The translations under genes were made by a program, and so were the position numbers. 64,000 bases of DNA from an uncultured bacterium. Lineage in GTDB: Bacteria; Patescibacteriota; Minisyncoccia; UBA6257; 2-01-FULL-56-20. Positions 30,302 through 39,487 of the stretch are shown piece after piece; the stretch's first letter is position 1, and every line of letters begins with the position of its first letter. Below the pieces are notes generated by a model. It saw only the letters and a list, made by a program, of their open reading frames with translations, was not told where the DNA came from and did not search any database. Location: contig CAVRXN010000003.1 in NCBI GenBank assembly GCA_963725235.1, positions 139,204 through 203,203 on the forward strand, given 5' to 3'.

Positions 30302-31561
30302 TTAGAAACTATTTCCACGAAAAAATTCGCCGGCTGAGAGCGTGGATTGTTTTGCCAAACTGATAACAACATCGACCTTCGCAAGAACATCGTTCAATTT
30401 GATCGCGGCTAAGCAAGGCGCCATCTCGCCATGAGGGATGCTCAAATGGCACATCCAGTTATCACCATAACATGGCGTCTTTTGATATGCCCAAAAATTT
30501 CGGTCGGAGTATCCGTAGTTGGCAAACATGCCAAACTGACCTCCACCGGTCACGCACAGTGAGGGCTTTTGGAACGCTACAGCAACATGAACAGCAGAGC
30601 TATCATTCGTAAAAACTGCAGCAGCGCCGTTGATCAGATTGAGATAATCTATAAATGATGTTTTGCCGGTGCGATTATCGATTGGAAAATTACAAAGCTC
30701 CTCAAGTTGCCGATACCGTTCTGCATCATTTTTGACACCGGCAACAATAATACGAAACCCCGCGTCGTGAAACTGTCGCGCAACCTCCGCGAAATATTCA
30801 ATCTTCCATTCTTTATACGGCACACTCGATCCGGCACTCATAAAAACGTATTTACCTTCGGCTGCGTCGGATGAGTTTGCCGTAGGGATCGGCAACGTCA
30901 TCGCATATTCACTTTCATGAAATCCGGTCGCCTGCTCATAGATGGCAATATAATGATTTAATGCCGATGCAAGTTCGCCATTCGCCGGCGGCTCAGGATC
31001 TTGAGTCGGAATGAGCTTAGTATATTTTGGCACGAGCGAATGAGCGGCATATGCAACACCGGCACGCTGGTTCGGATCAAACGGACTCCTAAATTCGAGC
31101 CCCATGCCCGCATAGCCGATCACCTCTTCTGCGCCCAAATTGACAGAGATAATTTTCGCCATAATCTCCGCAGCGCTGAAATCCTGATTAATGACCGTCT
31201 TAAATCCAATACCACACAACTGGCGGATCAAGCTCGCCCCATATGCCGAATCGCGAGAAAATCGTTTCGTGTCTGCCGTGATAACCTCATCGGCAAAATT
31301 ACCTTTTGCGATCGCTTCAAAACCAGTTCCGGCTTTTATAAGTAAAAAAATCTTTCTGGCAGGAAATCGCTTTTTATAATGTTTTAATACACCGATAAAA
31401 ACGACCAGGTCGCCGAGCGATTCCAAGTTAACAATCAGCATACGATCTTCCCAGCCATCACGGTTAATCGTCCCGGGCGCGAAAAACAAAAAGAGGGACC
31501 GCAGAGCTCCCACGATCCGTACTTTAATAAAAAATTTTGCGTAGCTCCGCAGATTATTCAT
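30302..31561 (-). CDS. GT9 family glycosyltransferase (heptosyltransferase-like)
   Basis: ORF trimmed to ATG 31561, which overlaps the upstream kinase stop. LIVNLESLGDLVVFIGVLKHYKKRFP and C-terminal TNDSSAVHVAVAF resemble RfaC/RfaF-type GT9 motifs. Confidence 0.7.
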   Translation of the reverse strand: MNNLRSYAKFFIKVRIVGALRSLFLFFAPGTINRDGWEDRMLIVNLESLGDLVVFIGVLKHYKKRFPARKIFLLIKAGTGFEAIAKGNFADEVITADTKRFSRDSAYGASLIRQLCGIGFKTVINQDFSAAEIMAKIISVNLGAEEVIGYAGMGLEFRSPFDPNQRAGVAYAAHSLVPKYTKLIPTQDPEPPANGELASALNHYIAIYEQATGFHESEYAMTLPIPTANSSDAAEGKYVFMSAGSSVPYKEWKIEYFAEVARQFHDAGFRIIVAGVKNDAERYRQLEELCNFPIDNRTGKTSFIDYLNLINGAAAVFTNDSSAVHVAVAFQKPSLCVTGGGQFGMFANYGYSDRNFWAYQKTPCYGDNWMCHLSIPHGEMAPCLAAIKLNDVLAKVDVVISLAKQSTLSAGEFFRGNSF

Positions 31562-32498
31562 TAGAATAGGGTGCCATTCGCTCAATCTCTTCAAGGGTCG
31601 CAGTCGCAACGCCCTCTTTGGCAACCACGACACCCGCGGCACGATTTGCAAATTCAGCAGCTTCAAAAAGATCGGCGCCCGAGGCAAGCATACATGCGGC
31701 GGCGGCGATGACCATATCGCCCGCACCCGTCACGTCAAAAACTTCAAGGGCACGAGTAGGAATGTGGCGTATTTCCCCGACTGCATTATTAAATATCGTC
31801 ATTCCATATTCACTTCGTTTTAGAATCACAGATGCGCCATAGCGATCAGCAAGTACTTTAGCAATCTCCGTGGCCATCGACTCATCCGAACCAAACATAC
31901 CGGTGAGTTCATATGCCTCCTTTAAATTTGGAGTGACGGCGAAAACACGTCTTATAAGGTCCTCGTTCTGTGGTTTAAAATCAGCAATAATTTTCCCCTC
32001 ACCAAAGCGACGCAGGGCGTCCATAACCGAAACAGTCAATGTCCCTTTATGGTAATCTGACACGATGATAAAATCAGGATGCTCCACTTTCTCAACTTCG
32101 ACAATCAATTTTTTTTCAATCTCAGAATTGATAATATGCTGCTTCTCGGCATCTATCCTTAAAAGCTGATGATGTTTGGCAAATACTCTGGTCTTCCTGA
32201 TCGTCGGCCGGCTAGAATCGCACACAAAGCCAGTCATAATATTTTTCTCTTTACACAGACGAATCATATCTTCCGAATCTTCGTCGTCACCAACCACGCC
32301 AAGTAAGGTCACCCGCGCACCAAGTGCCGCTGCGCAATCAGCAACCCCACCAGCACAACCCAAGGTCAGCTTCCGAGAAGCTTCGAGAACTATAGGGACA
32401 GGAGCTTCCGGTGAAATTCGCTCGACCGATCCGGAAATCGCGATATTCAGGGCCAAATCACCCAAAACCAAAATATGTACGTCTTTAAAGTTGAGCAT
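31554..32498 (-). CDS. PfkB-family sugar kinase (RfaE domain I / HldA-like heptose 7-phosphate kinase candidate)
   Basis: VLVLGDLALNI...ISPEAPVPIV...DVTGAGDMVIAA...ANRAAGVVVAKEG. Start taken at the internal ATG 32498. Confidence 0.7.
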   Translation of the reverse strand: MLNFKDVHILVLGDLALNIAISGSVERISPEAPVPIVLEASRKLTLGCAGGVADCAAALGARVTLLGVVGDDEDSEDMIRLCKEKNIMTGFVCDSSRPTIRKTRVFAKHHQLLRIDAEKQHIINSEIEKKLIVEVEKVEHPDFIIVSDYHKGTLTVSVMDALRRFGEGKIIADFKPQNEDLIRRVFAVTPNLKEAYELTGMFGSDESMATEIAKVLADRYGASVILKRSEYGMTIFNNAVGEIRHIPTRALEVFDVTGAGDMVIAAAACMLASGADLFEAAEFANRAAGVVVAKEGVATATLEEIERMAPYSNE

Positions 32499-33057
32499 CG
32501 ATATATTCGCACCATGCGTGGTAGATAAGTTCATGCATCTCCTGAATACGCGCCGTTTCTTCAGACGGTATTGGGATCAGGACATCGACTTTTCCTGTTG
32601 AGGCAAGTGATTTCCCTTTCGCGCCAGTAAGTACAATTACCTTCATCTTCTTAATGCGCGCCACGTCAATCGCTTTCAGGACATTTTTCGATGCGCCGCT
32701 CGTCGTGAACGCAACAAGAACATCACCCTCGCGTCCGAGTGGTTCAAGCTCGCGGGCAAAAACATCCTCGAAGGAATAATCGTTACCAACAGCAGTCAGA
32801 TGCGATAAGCTGGCTCCAAGCAGGACTGCGGCTAGAGGTTTTCGATCGGCCCTGTATCTGCAAGTAAATTCAGCCGCCAAATGCTGTGCGTCCGCCGCCG
32901 AGCCGCCGTTGCCGCAGGTGAAAAGGGTCGCTCCAGCGCCGACTGCTTGGCTCAAGAGTCCCGCCCCTCGTATTACGTCTGCAAGCATGGCTCGAGTGGC
33001 CTGTGTCGTCGATTCGTGGCGAATAAAAGCAGCTTCTAATAACTGATCGTTCATCAT
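32485..33057 (-). CDS. gmhA: SIS-domain sedoheptulose-7-phosphate isomerase (second copy)
   Basis: LFTCGNGGSAADAQHLAAEF...VAFTTSGASKNV...ARIQEMHELIYH, the classic GmhA pattern. 190 aa. Confidence 0.85.
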   Translation of the reverse strand: MMNDQLLEAAFIRHESTTQATRAMLADVIRGAGLLSQAVGAGATLFTCGNGGSAADAQHLAAEFTCRYRADRKPLAAVLLGASLSHLTAVGNDYSFEDVFARELEPLGREGDVLVAFTTSGASKNVLKAIDVARIKKMKVIVLTGAKGKSLASTGKVDVLIPIPSEETARIQEMHELIYHAWCEYIDAQL

Positions 33058-33096
33058 TTCATTCTGCGGTAAAATAGATTATAATTCAAGGAAGCC

Positions 33097-33777
33097 ATGA
33101 TACTTATCTGCATTGACAAAGACGGGACAATCAATCTCGACGAAAATTATTATCTCGGTTCAAAGTCGCACTGGAAAGAACAAGTTTCATTTTTGCCGGG
33201 TGTCGTCGAAGGCATCAAATTGCTTAATACAATTGTCGCTTCGAAAATCGCCATCATCACGAACCAATCCGGCGTCGCGCTCGGCGGTGCAGATTTTGAA
33301 TTACTCGATGAAGCGCGCGCGCACGAAGTGAATAAACATATCATCGCCGAACTCGCCAAACTCGGCGCTCGGATTGATGGCTATCAAGTGTGCCCTTATG
33401 TCACCGCCGAATACGCCCGCAAGGCAAAGGGGAAAGGCCGCATTATTAATGAAAAATATATTAAAGATGATGCACGCTGCATGAAACCAAACATCGGGAT
33501 GCTCGAAGATGCTGCGAAAATGTTCGGCTCGAAGCTCGAAGACGTTGCCCAAAAATTTGTCATCGGCGATCGTGCAACTGATATTGAGACGGGACAACGC
33601 GGCGGATGCATTTCAATTTTCGTGGAATCGATGAAAACAAAAGAGCTCGGTGATGTCGCAAAAGTTCTTGATATGCAAAAGTCAGCTCCGGCTGGGAATA
33701 TCGCGGCCGTTTCGGACTTTCTTGCGGCAGCGGCTACCATAGAGCAGATGTGCAGCCATAAAAAAATATTATCGTAA
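33097..33777 (+). CDS. HAD-IIIA phosphatase (GmhB/histidinol-phosphatase-like)
   Basis: CIDKDGTIN, IITNQSGV, MKPN and IGDRATDIE. Divergent from the second gmhA. Confidence 0.7.
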   Translation: MILICIDKDGTINLDENYYLGSKSHWKEQVSFLPGVVEGIKLLNTIVASKIAIITNQSGVALGGADFELLDEARAHEVNKHIIAELAKLGARIDGYQVCPYVTAEYARKAKGKGRIINEKYIKDDARCMKPNIGMLEDAAKMFGSKLEDVAQKFVIGDRATDIETGQRGGCISIFVESMKTKELGDVAKVLDMQKSAPAGNIAAVSDFLAAAATIEQMCSHKKILS

Positions 33778-33778
33778 A

Positions 33779-34702
33779 TTATTTTGCGAATATAAAAACC
33801 GTATCTCCCGTTTCAGCTATGTCAATACACCTCGAAAGCGCCAAGTCATATCGTGCTGCCAACCCTATGATATCATCTTTCACTAAATTGTCGTAAATAT
33901 GGCCGCTTTCCGTCTGCCCCTGGGTGAACGTAATGATATTTTTCCATGGGTTAAAGATCTGTCGAATGCGATATTCCAATTTCTGCCAAATCCGCATGAT
34001 AGTAGCAACTAGTCCTCTCCTTTTTAGGTAACTCTTCAATTTAGCAATAGGCGAGAGTCGTGTTGCTTTAGCGTTGTAACCGCCGCAACCGGCAAATATA
34101 TATAGATGGCCGCCCTCTTTAAGCACCCGTGACGCTTCGCTAAAAGTGAAATTGATATCGAACACATGCTCAATCATGCCGCCCATATAAACAGCATCGA
34201 ATGATGCATGGCGAAACGGAACATATTCGGCAACACCCCGGAGGAAAAGAAATGGATCGGCAAGCCGCCGATCAAGATGTTTAAAAAAAATGCGATGCGC
34301 AAAAGCTGCTGGATCGGGCTCCAAATCAACATAAAGTTGTTCCGAATTCAAATATCGGCGCAGGTAGCCGCTACCGCCGCCAATATCCAAGATATAATCC
34401 CCCTCGACGGTGAAATACGAGTGCATGGCGTCCATATTGTCGAGCGAAAGGCCATGAGAAAGGCAGCAGGCCTCTCCTTCGGATGACGTGCCGAGCAAAT
34501 AACCCCATAACTTTTGGACTGGATTTTGGAACGGTGCATCAGCATCCGGCAAAAAATCGAACATGGCCTCGCCTTCCGACTGAATGAGGGGGTATCGATG
34601 GTGGCACGTCATGCACGTAAACCGTTCCTTATTGGCAACCATACGTTCGTCTTTACAAACCGGACATGCAAATAAGTGTTCTATAGGGCGGAGGGATTCC
34701 AT
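33779..34702 (-). CDS. class I SAM-dependent methyltransferase with N-terminal zinc ribbon
   Basis: CPVCKD...CMTCHH zinc ribbon, then ILDIGGGSGYL and GGMIEHVFD. Confidence 0.7.
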   Translation of the reverse strand: MESLRPIEHLFACPVCKDERMVANKERFTCMTCHHRYPLIQSEGEAMFDFLPDADAPFQNPVQKLWGYLLGTSSEGEACCLSHGLSLDNMDAMHSYFTVEGDYILDIGGGSGYLRRYLNSEQLYVDLEPDPAAFAHRIFFKHLDRRLADPFLFLRGVAEYVPFRHASFDAVYMGGMIEHVFDINFTFSEASRVLKEGGHLYIFAGCGGYNAKATRLSPIAKLKSYLKRRGLVATIMRIWQKLEYRIRQIFNPWKNIITFTQGQTESGHIYDNLVKDDIIGLAARYDLALSRCIDIAETGDTVFIFAK

Positions 34703-34720
34703 ATTGGTGCAGTGTTGGGA

Positions 34721-35770
34721 TTAGTGTATGGCAACGCTTTCGAGAAGCGTTTGAGCACGATTGCGCCAAGTATGCTTAGCAAGTACCACTTCGCGCGTTT
34801 TTGCTGCATTCTCCCAACGCTCCTTCGGCTTGCCAATCCATTCTTCGATCAACGGCAGCATTCCTTCCCGCTTTTTAAAATTGATGAAAGTATCTTTCGG
34901 GAAAAAGATATCCAGATCTTCTCTAAAATCTACGACCTGAAATCCCCCAGCAAGCGCGATCTCAAATGTCCGAGCCGAAATCGAACTCAAATGGCCGGTC
35001 GAATGGATATTTAAAGCGATCTTAGATTGATTATATATCTCATTCATAGTTTCAACTCTAAGGGGCACGCCAGGACCCCGGCTAAATTTAACGAGATTCG
35101 GGAAACGGTTTTTCCAATAAGGAATTGCAGTTCCAAAAACTCCGACATTATATTTATCCGGGATAGAATCGAGAAGCGACCCCCTCCAACTTGCTGAAGC
35201 GTCCTGAGGGGTAAAGCTCCCGATAAAAACAACGTCATAAATATTTTGCCGTTCTCGCGCTTCGTGATCGGTAATTAGAGGACGGAAAATCGTATCCGAT
35301 CCCGCTAATGGCAAAATACCTATCGATTTGCCATATGAAAACTTTTCCAAAAAATGCACCCACTGCCGGTCGATGGTAAAAATTTTATCGGGAAATTGCA
35401 TGCTCAAAAGGATTTCTTTTGACTGAAAGCCATCCGGAGGTGATGTCATCCAATAGATGATCGGCTTTTTAAATGTGCGGGCTTTTTCTAAATATTCAGG
35501 CAACAAATTGGGCGCATATTCGATAACGATAATATCGGGGTCTGATGTTCGAATGGACTCCAGCCACAGTTCGCCGACTTTCGCCCGAAATCGGTCGTCG
35601 GTCTGATAGGGTCGACGGGAAACTCTGAGCATTATTTTTTTGATCAGAGCGAGATTTTTCGAACCACCTTCGTTAAAAAAAAGCACCTCGTGGCCCAATG
35701 ACTCAAACCCCTGGCCAAGATAAAAAGATAAGCCTGCATGCCAAACACTGCCCGTTATATGGATTTTCAT
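34721..35770 (-). CDS. CgeB-like glycosyltransferase (GT1-fold)
   Basis: 349 aa. The C-terminal half (YNQSKIALNIHS...RTFEIALAGGFQVVD) resembles the CgeB/Glyco_trans_1_2 family. Confidence 0.55.
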   Translation of the reverse strand: MKIHITGSVWHAGLSFYLGQGFESLGHEVLFFNEGGSKNLALIKKIMLRVSRRPYQTDDRFRAKVGELWLESIRTSDPDIIVIEYAPNLLPEYLEKARTFKKPIIYWMTSPPDGFQSKEILLSMQFPDKIFTIDRQWVHFLEKFSYGKSIGILPLAGSDTIFRPLITDHEARERQNIYDVVFIGSFTPQDASASWRGSLLDSIPDKYNVGVFGTAIPYWKNRFPNLVKFSRGPGVPLRVETMNEIYNQSKIALNIHSTGHLSSISARTFEIALAGGFQVVDFREDLDIFFPKDTFINFKKREGMLPLIEEWIGKPKERWENAAKTREVVLAKHTWRNRAQTLLESVAIH

Positions 35771-36486
35771 GATTTTTCAAAAATACCGATCATAATCCAA
35801 TTTGCACACGGAAATGGAGAGCCGTAATAAATCTCCTGCCAATACGGAGCATCTGCGCGTTCCCAAACCCGCATACCTACCCGCTTCATAAAAATAGCAC
35901 GCGTAAATAAAAGCCGGTTATGCTTGATGTCTTCATCGAGCGACGAATTATAGCCAAGCGGCACCGTAACCACCATTTTCCCTCCACTTTTCAAATGGCT
36001 CGCCAACGTTACTAATGAACGGCTGATTTTCCCGGGATCTTTTATATCCTCATCAAAACCGACATGTTCCATGGTTGAAAGGGATAGGATAAGATCATAC
36101 TGCTTCCCAGGATTAAAATCTGCGATATCGGCATTAATAACGCCCGGCACGACTTCATATTTATCAACAACATCGCCGGCGTACCGATAATAATATTTTA
36201 GAGTATTTCCGACTTCAAGTATGGCTGCGCCATGTGGCTGCATCTGCACAATATATTGACCAATCGGCGCCTCGATCATACGCTCATTAAGCCATGTTGT
36301 GTTATAAAAATTATATTCATAAGGGAGCGCCACTCCTTCAAATAAAAAAGTGCCTCGCGAGAAAAGCTTAAGATATACATAGGTAAAAAAATTATTGATC
36401 CCTCGAAGAGGAACCAAAATCGCTTTCCTGATCACGTAGCCAGCGCCCTTATTCTTCGCCGAGCTCAATCGTTCACTTATGCTCAT
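35767..36486 (-). CDS. SAM-dependent methyltransferase
   Basis: ILEVGNTL...YDLILSLSTMEHVGFDE...SGGKMVVTVP. Confidence 0.6.
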   Translation of the reverse strand: MSISERLSSAKNKGAGYVIRKAILVPLRGINNFFTYVYLKLFSRGTFLFEGVALPYEYNFYNTTWLNERMIEAPIGQYIVQMQPHGAAILEVGNTLKYYYRYAGDVVDKYEVVPGVINADIADFNPGKQYDLILSLSTMEHVGFDEDIKDPGKISRSLVTLASHLKSGGKMVVTVPLGYNSSLDEDIKHNRLLFTRAIFMKRVGMRVWERADAPYWQEIYYGSPFPCANWIMIGIFEKS

Positions 36487-36495
36487 ATCCTTATA

Positions 36496-37770
36496 TTATG
36501 CCTCAACGACCCTCATTTCGGGAAATGGTACAATAAATTTTCCGCCGCGTGCTAGAAAATCTTTTTCACGCGCCTTAAACTCCTTAAAGAAATGCCACGG
36601 TAAAACCAAAAAGTGGTCCGGGTTCTCAGCGCGTGCCTGCTCCTCGGAAATGATCGGGATCATCGTACCCACCGTCTTTTTCCCCCACTTATCAGGATTA
36701 CGTTCCGCAGCTGCCAGAATCATGTCCCCGCTTAAACCGAAATACTGCAGGACTGTATTTCCTTTTGTCGAAGCCCCATACGCATAGACCTTCTTCCCGG
36801 CGTCCACCTGGGACTTCACGAACGTAACGGTAGCATCCTTAATTGCATCTACTCTTTTTACGAAATCGTCATAGACTTTTCGATTTTCGAGCCCCAATCG
36901 TTTTTCATATTCCCGAAGCGAGGCAACCCGAATATCAGCACCGATTGGAGCTGGAACCGCTTCCGCACCACCGACATGGCGCATATAGATCCTAAAACTG
37001 CCGCCGTTAATATCGTTCAGTTCGACATCGAAGACTTCAAGTCCATTTCGTTTAAGCAGATTCTCTAATGAGAGTAAGGAGTAATATTCCACATGTTCGT
37101 GGCAAATGTTCCCCAGTTCATTCGTCGAAAGCATCAGCGGAAGATAGCTCATCTGAATGACAAATACCCCATCGCCAGCTAGACAAGTTTTTACGTCTGA
37201 GACAAACCTGTTCGGATCTTCAAGGTCGTAGAACATCGCAATGGCGGTAATAACTTTCGCCCTCGCCTTCGGGAAATTTTTTTGCCACGCATCAGCATTA
37301 AAAAAATCTTCAAAAACTTTCGTGGTGCCAACCGAATTATATTGCTGTAAATTCCGTGCCGGCTCGAATCCTACCAAATGGATAGCGGGTGTTTTGTACC
37401 CGCGCAACAATGTCCCATCATTCGCGCCAATATCAATGACATAGTCCCCTGCCCAAAGTTTCGCGAGCGACTCCATCTTTGCCGCAATCCCGTTCAACTC
37501 ATCTGTCATTGTCTGATTCATCCCGGATCGATACCAGTAATTACGGTACATCGCCTCATGTGAAACGGTATGATGGAGCTGCAGCAGGCCGCATCCACCA
37601 GACTTTGCATTGCAAAACACCAACTCGAGCGGAGCTTTAAAGGCCCGATCCTGCTCTCCCTCACCCAAAAAATCCGAAATATACATATCGCCCAACGAAA
37701 AAATCGGGGTAAGATCACCCCTACCACACACCCGGCAGGTATCCCGCACGACAACGAGGTCCTGATTCAT
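36496..37770 (-). CDS. NDP-sugar C-methyltransferase (TylCIII/Methyltransf_13-14-like)
   Basis: N-terminal Zn-binding CRVCGRGDLTPIFSLGDMYISDF, a central SAM fold (VIDIGANDGTLL) and a C-terminal C-methyltransferase-like domain (YAYGASTKGNTVLQY). 424 aa. Confidence 0.7.
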   Translation of the reverse strand: MNQDLVVVRDTCRVCGRGDLTPIFSLGDMYISDFLGEGEQDRAFKAPLELVFCNAKSGGCGLLQLHHTVSHEAMYRNYWYRSGMNQTMTDELNGIAAKMESLAKLWAGDYVIDIGANDGTLLRGYKTPAIHLVGFEPARNLQQYNSVGTTKVFEDFFNADAWQKNFPKARAKVITAIAMFYDLEDPNRFVSDVKTCLAGDGVFVIQMSYLPLMLSTNELGNICHEHVEYYSLLSLENLLKRNGLEVFDVELNDINGGSFRIYMRHVGGAEAVPAPIGADIRVASLREYEKRLGLENRKVYDDFVKRVDAIKDATVTFVKSQVDAGKKVYAYGASTKGNTVLQYFGLSGDMILAAAERNPDKWGKKTVGTMIPIISEEQARAENPDHFLVLPWHFFKEFKAREKDFLARGGKFIVPFPEMRVVEA

Positions 37771-38705
37771 GTTTGCTGATTATACCAATCAATTGTTTTT
37801 TGTAAACCTGCCTCGAGGTCTGTCTGGGCGTGAAAACCAAATGCTTGTTCAGCGCGAGATGTATCGAGCAACCGTCGCACCTGTCCCTCCGGCTTTGTAG
37901 TATCAAACGAAAGCCCACCTTGATAATGCACTAAACGCGCAATCGTCTCCGCAAGTTCCCGGATAGAAACTTCGCGCCCCGATCCAATATTCACCGGTTC
38001 GGCTTGGTCATATTGTTCCGCAGCCAAAACAATGCTTTCTGCCGCATCCTCGACATAAAGAAAATCCCGCGTCGCATTTCCAGTTCCCCAAACAACGATC
38101 GAGGCCACATTCTCAGACTGTGCATCGACAATTCTCTTTATAAGCGACGGGATTGGCCCGCTATCCATTCTCGCCCCTGGGCCATACATACTCGTAAGCA
38201 ACAAATGGATCGCATTGAATTCGTATTGCGACCTATAAACCTGTGCCTGTTCGAGAAGCATTTTTTTGGCCAAAGCGTACGGACGATGAAATTCCTCTGG
38301 AAAGCCATTCCAAATATCCTTTTCTTTAAGCGGCATCACCGCGCTTTTGGGATATTCGGTGGCGCTGCCGATGGTAACGAATTTTTCGACATCCGCCCGA
38401 CGAGCCGCTTCCATAAGCTGAATACCCATAATTAAATTTTCATAAAAAATTTTGCCCGGATTGGCTTTATGGAATTCGATGTTGCCAGTGATAGCGGCAG
38501 CATGGATAACTATTTCCTTGTCACGGACAGATGTTTCGCAATCAGAGAACTTTCGTAAATCTATTTCATCCGAGCGCGGAGTCGAGATTTGCTCTTTAGG
38601 GACACCCCGGTTGATTAGTTGATCGACAACATGTCTCCCTAAGAACCCACCGGCACCTGTTACCAGAATCTTTTTATTCGTAAGGCTCATAATCTGTTTG
38701 CTCAT
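37767..38705 (-). CDS. GDP-4-keto-6-deoxy-sugar epimerase/reductase (GDP-L-fucose synthase-like)
   Basis: ILVTGAGGFLGRHV, YALAKKMLLEQ (YxxxK) and LLTSMYGPG. 312 aa. Sugar specificity (hexose or heptose) not resolvable here. Confidence 0.75.
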   Translation of the reverse strand: MSKQIMSLTNKKILVTGAGGFLGRHVVDQLINRGVPKEQISTPRSDEIDLRKFSDCETSVRDKEIVIHAAAITGNIEFHKANPGKIFYENLIMGIQLMEAARRADVEKFVTIGSATEYPKSAVMPLKEKDIWNGFPEEFHRPYALAKKMLLEQAQVYRSQYEFNAIHLLLTSMYGPGARMDSGPIPSLIKRIVDAQSENVASIVVWGTGNATRDFLYVEDAAESIVLAAEQYDQAEPVNIGSGREVSIRELAETIARLVHYQGGLSFDTTKPEGQVRRLLDTSRAEQAFGFHAQTDLEAGLQKTIDWYNQQT

Positions 38706-38796
38706 TATCTTACATTTTTCAGTATTATGGAATACGAGGCATATTTGACAAAATAATCAAATTGAATTATTATTTCGATGCGAAAGGAGTAGTACT

Positions 38797-39411
38797 TTGA
38801 CACCAGAAGAAAAGCAACTTCTCAACAAGCTTTTATTGAAAACCGCCACAGAGAGCGAGCCAAAAAGCGGGGATGAACCGGAAGGTCGCCCCGCTGGATT
38901 CATACCGTTGGCTTGCCTAAAATCATTCTACAAGCTCACCAGAACCCCGTTTATCGAACTCATCATGTACCGCGAGGTCGGTCCAGGCGAGATCGAATAT
39001 CTCTATCAAGATCGCCACGATCAATGGTGGGACGGCTTCTGTGCTTTCGGTGGAATGGTTCGTGCAAACTCCCCGGCGACACCGATCGAGGTTGCGGAAA
39101 AACTCATCAACCGCGAATTCACGGATTCCAACCTTCGGGTCACCACGTTGCAAGTGGTCTCGTTCCTCAACTGGCCCGAGCATCCGTGGTGCAATCCGTT
39201 GGCGGTGGTATGCCTCATCACCGTCACTGGAGATATGCCGGAAAACCACGATCGCCGATGGATTTCGCTCAAAAACATGCCGGAGGCCATGGTTATGAAT
39301 CACGGCAAATATCTTCACCAGTGTGAATATTTCTTGAAAAAGGGCGAGCTGACCTTTACGCCAAGCGAGCCCTACGGGATCCCAGCCTCTGAAGAGTGCG
39401 CCTCCTTCTAA
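38797..39411 (+). CDS. hypothetical protein with degenerate Nudix-like box
   Basis: TTG start with AAAGGAG 6 nt upstream and a TTGACA-17-TATTAT promoter. The segment GGMVRANSPATPIEVAEKLINREF partly fits EX7REUx. Sits between the fcl-like and gmd genes on the opposite strand. Confidence 0.4.
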   Translation: MTPEEKQLLNKLLLKTATESEPKSGDEPEGRPAGFIPLACLKSFYKLTRTPFIELIMYREVGPGEIEYLYQDRHDQWWDGFCAFGGMVRANSPATPIEVAEKLINREFTDSNLRVTTLQVVSFLNWPEHPWCNPLAVVCLITVTGDMPENHDRRWISLKNMPEAMVMNHGKYLHQCEYFLKKGELTFTPSEPYGIPASEECASF

Positions 39412-39438
39412 CCTGGTTTCAATGAGATCCTAACAGCA

Positions 39439-39468
39439 AGCGCCGCCGAGGAATCGATGGCGCTTTTT
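39439..39468 (+). terminator. rho-independent terminator
   Basis: AGCGCC-N14-GGCGCT followed by TTTTTAT. Confidence 0.6.
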
Positions 39469-39487
39469 ATATCTTCAAAAACACATC

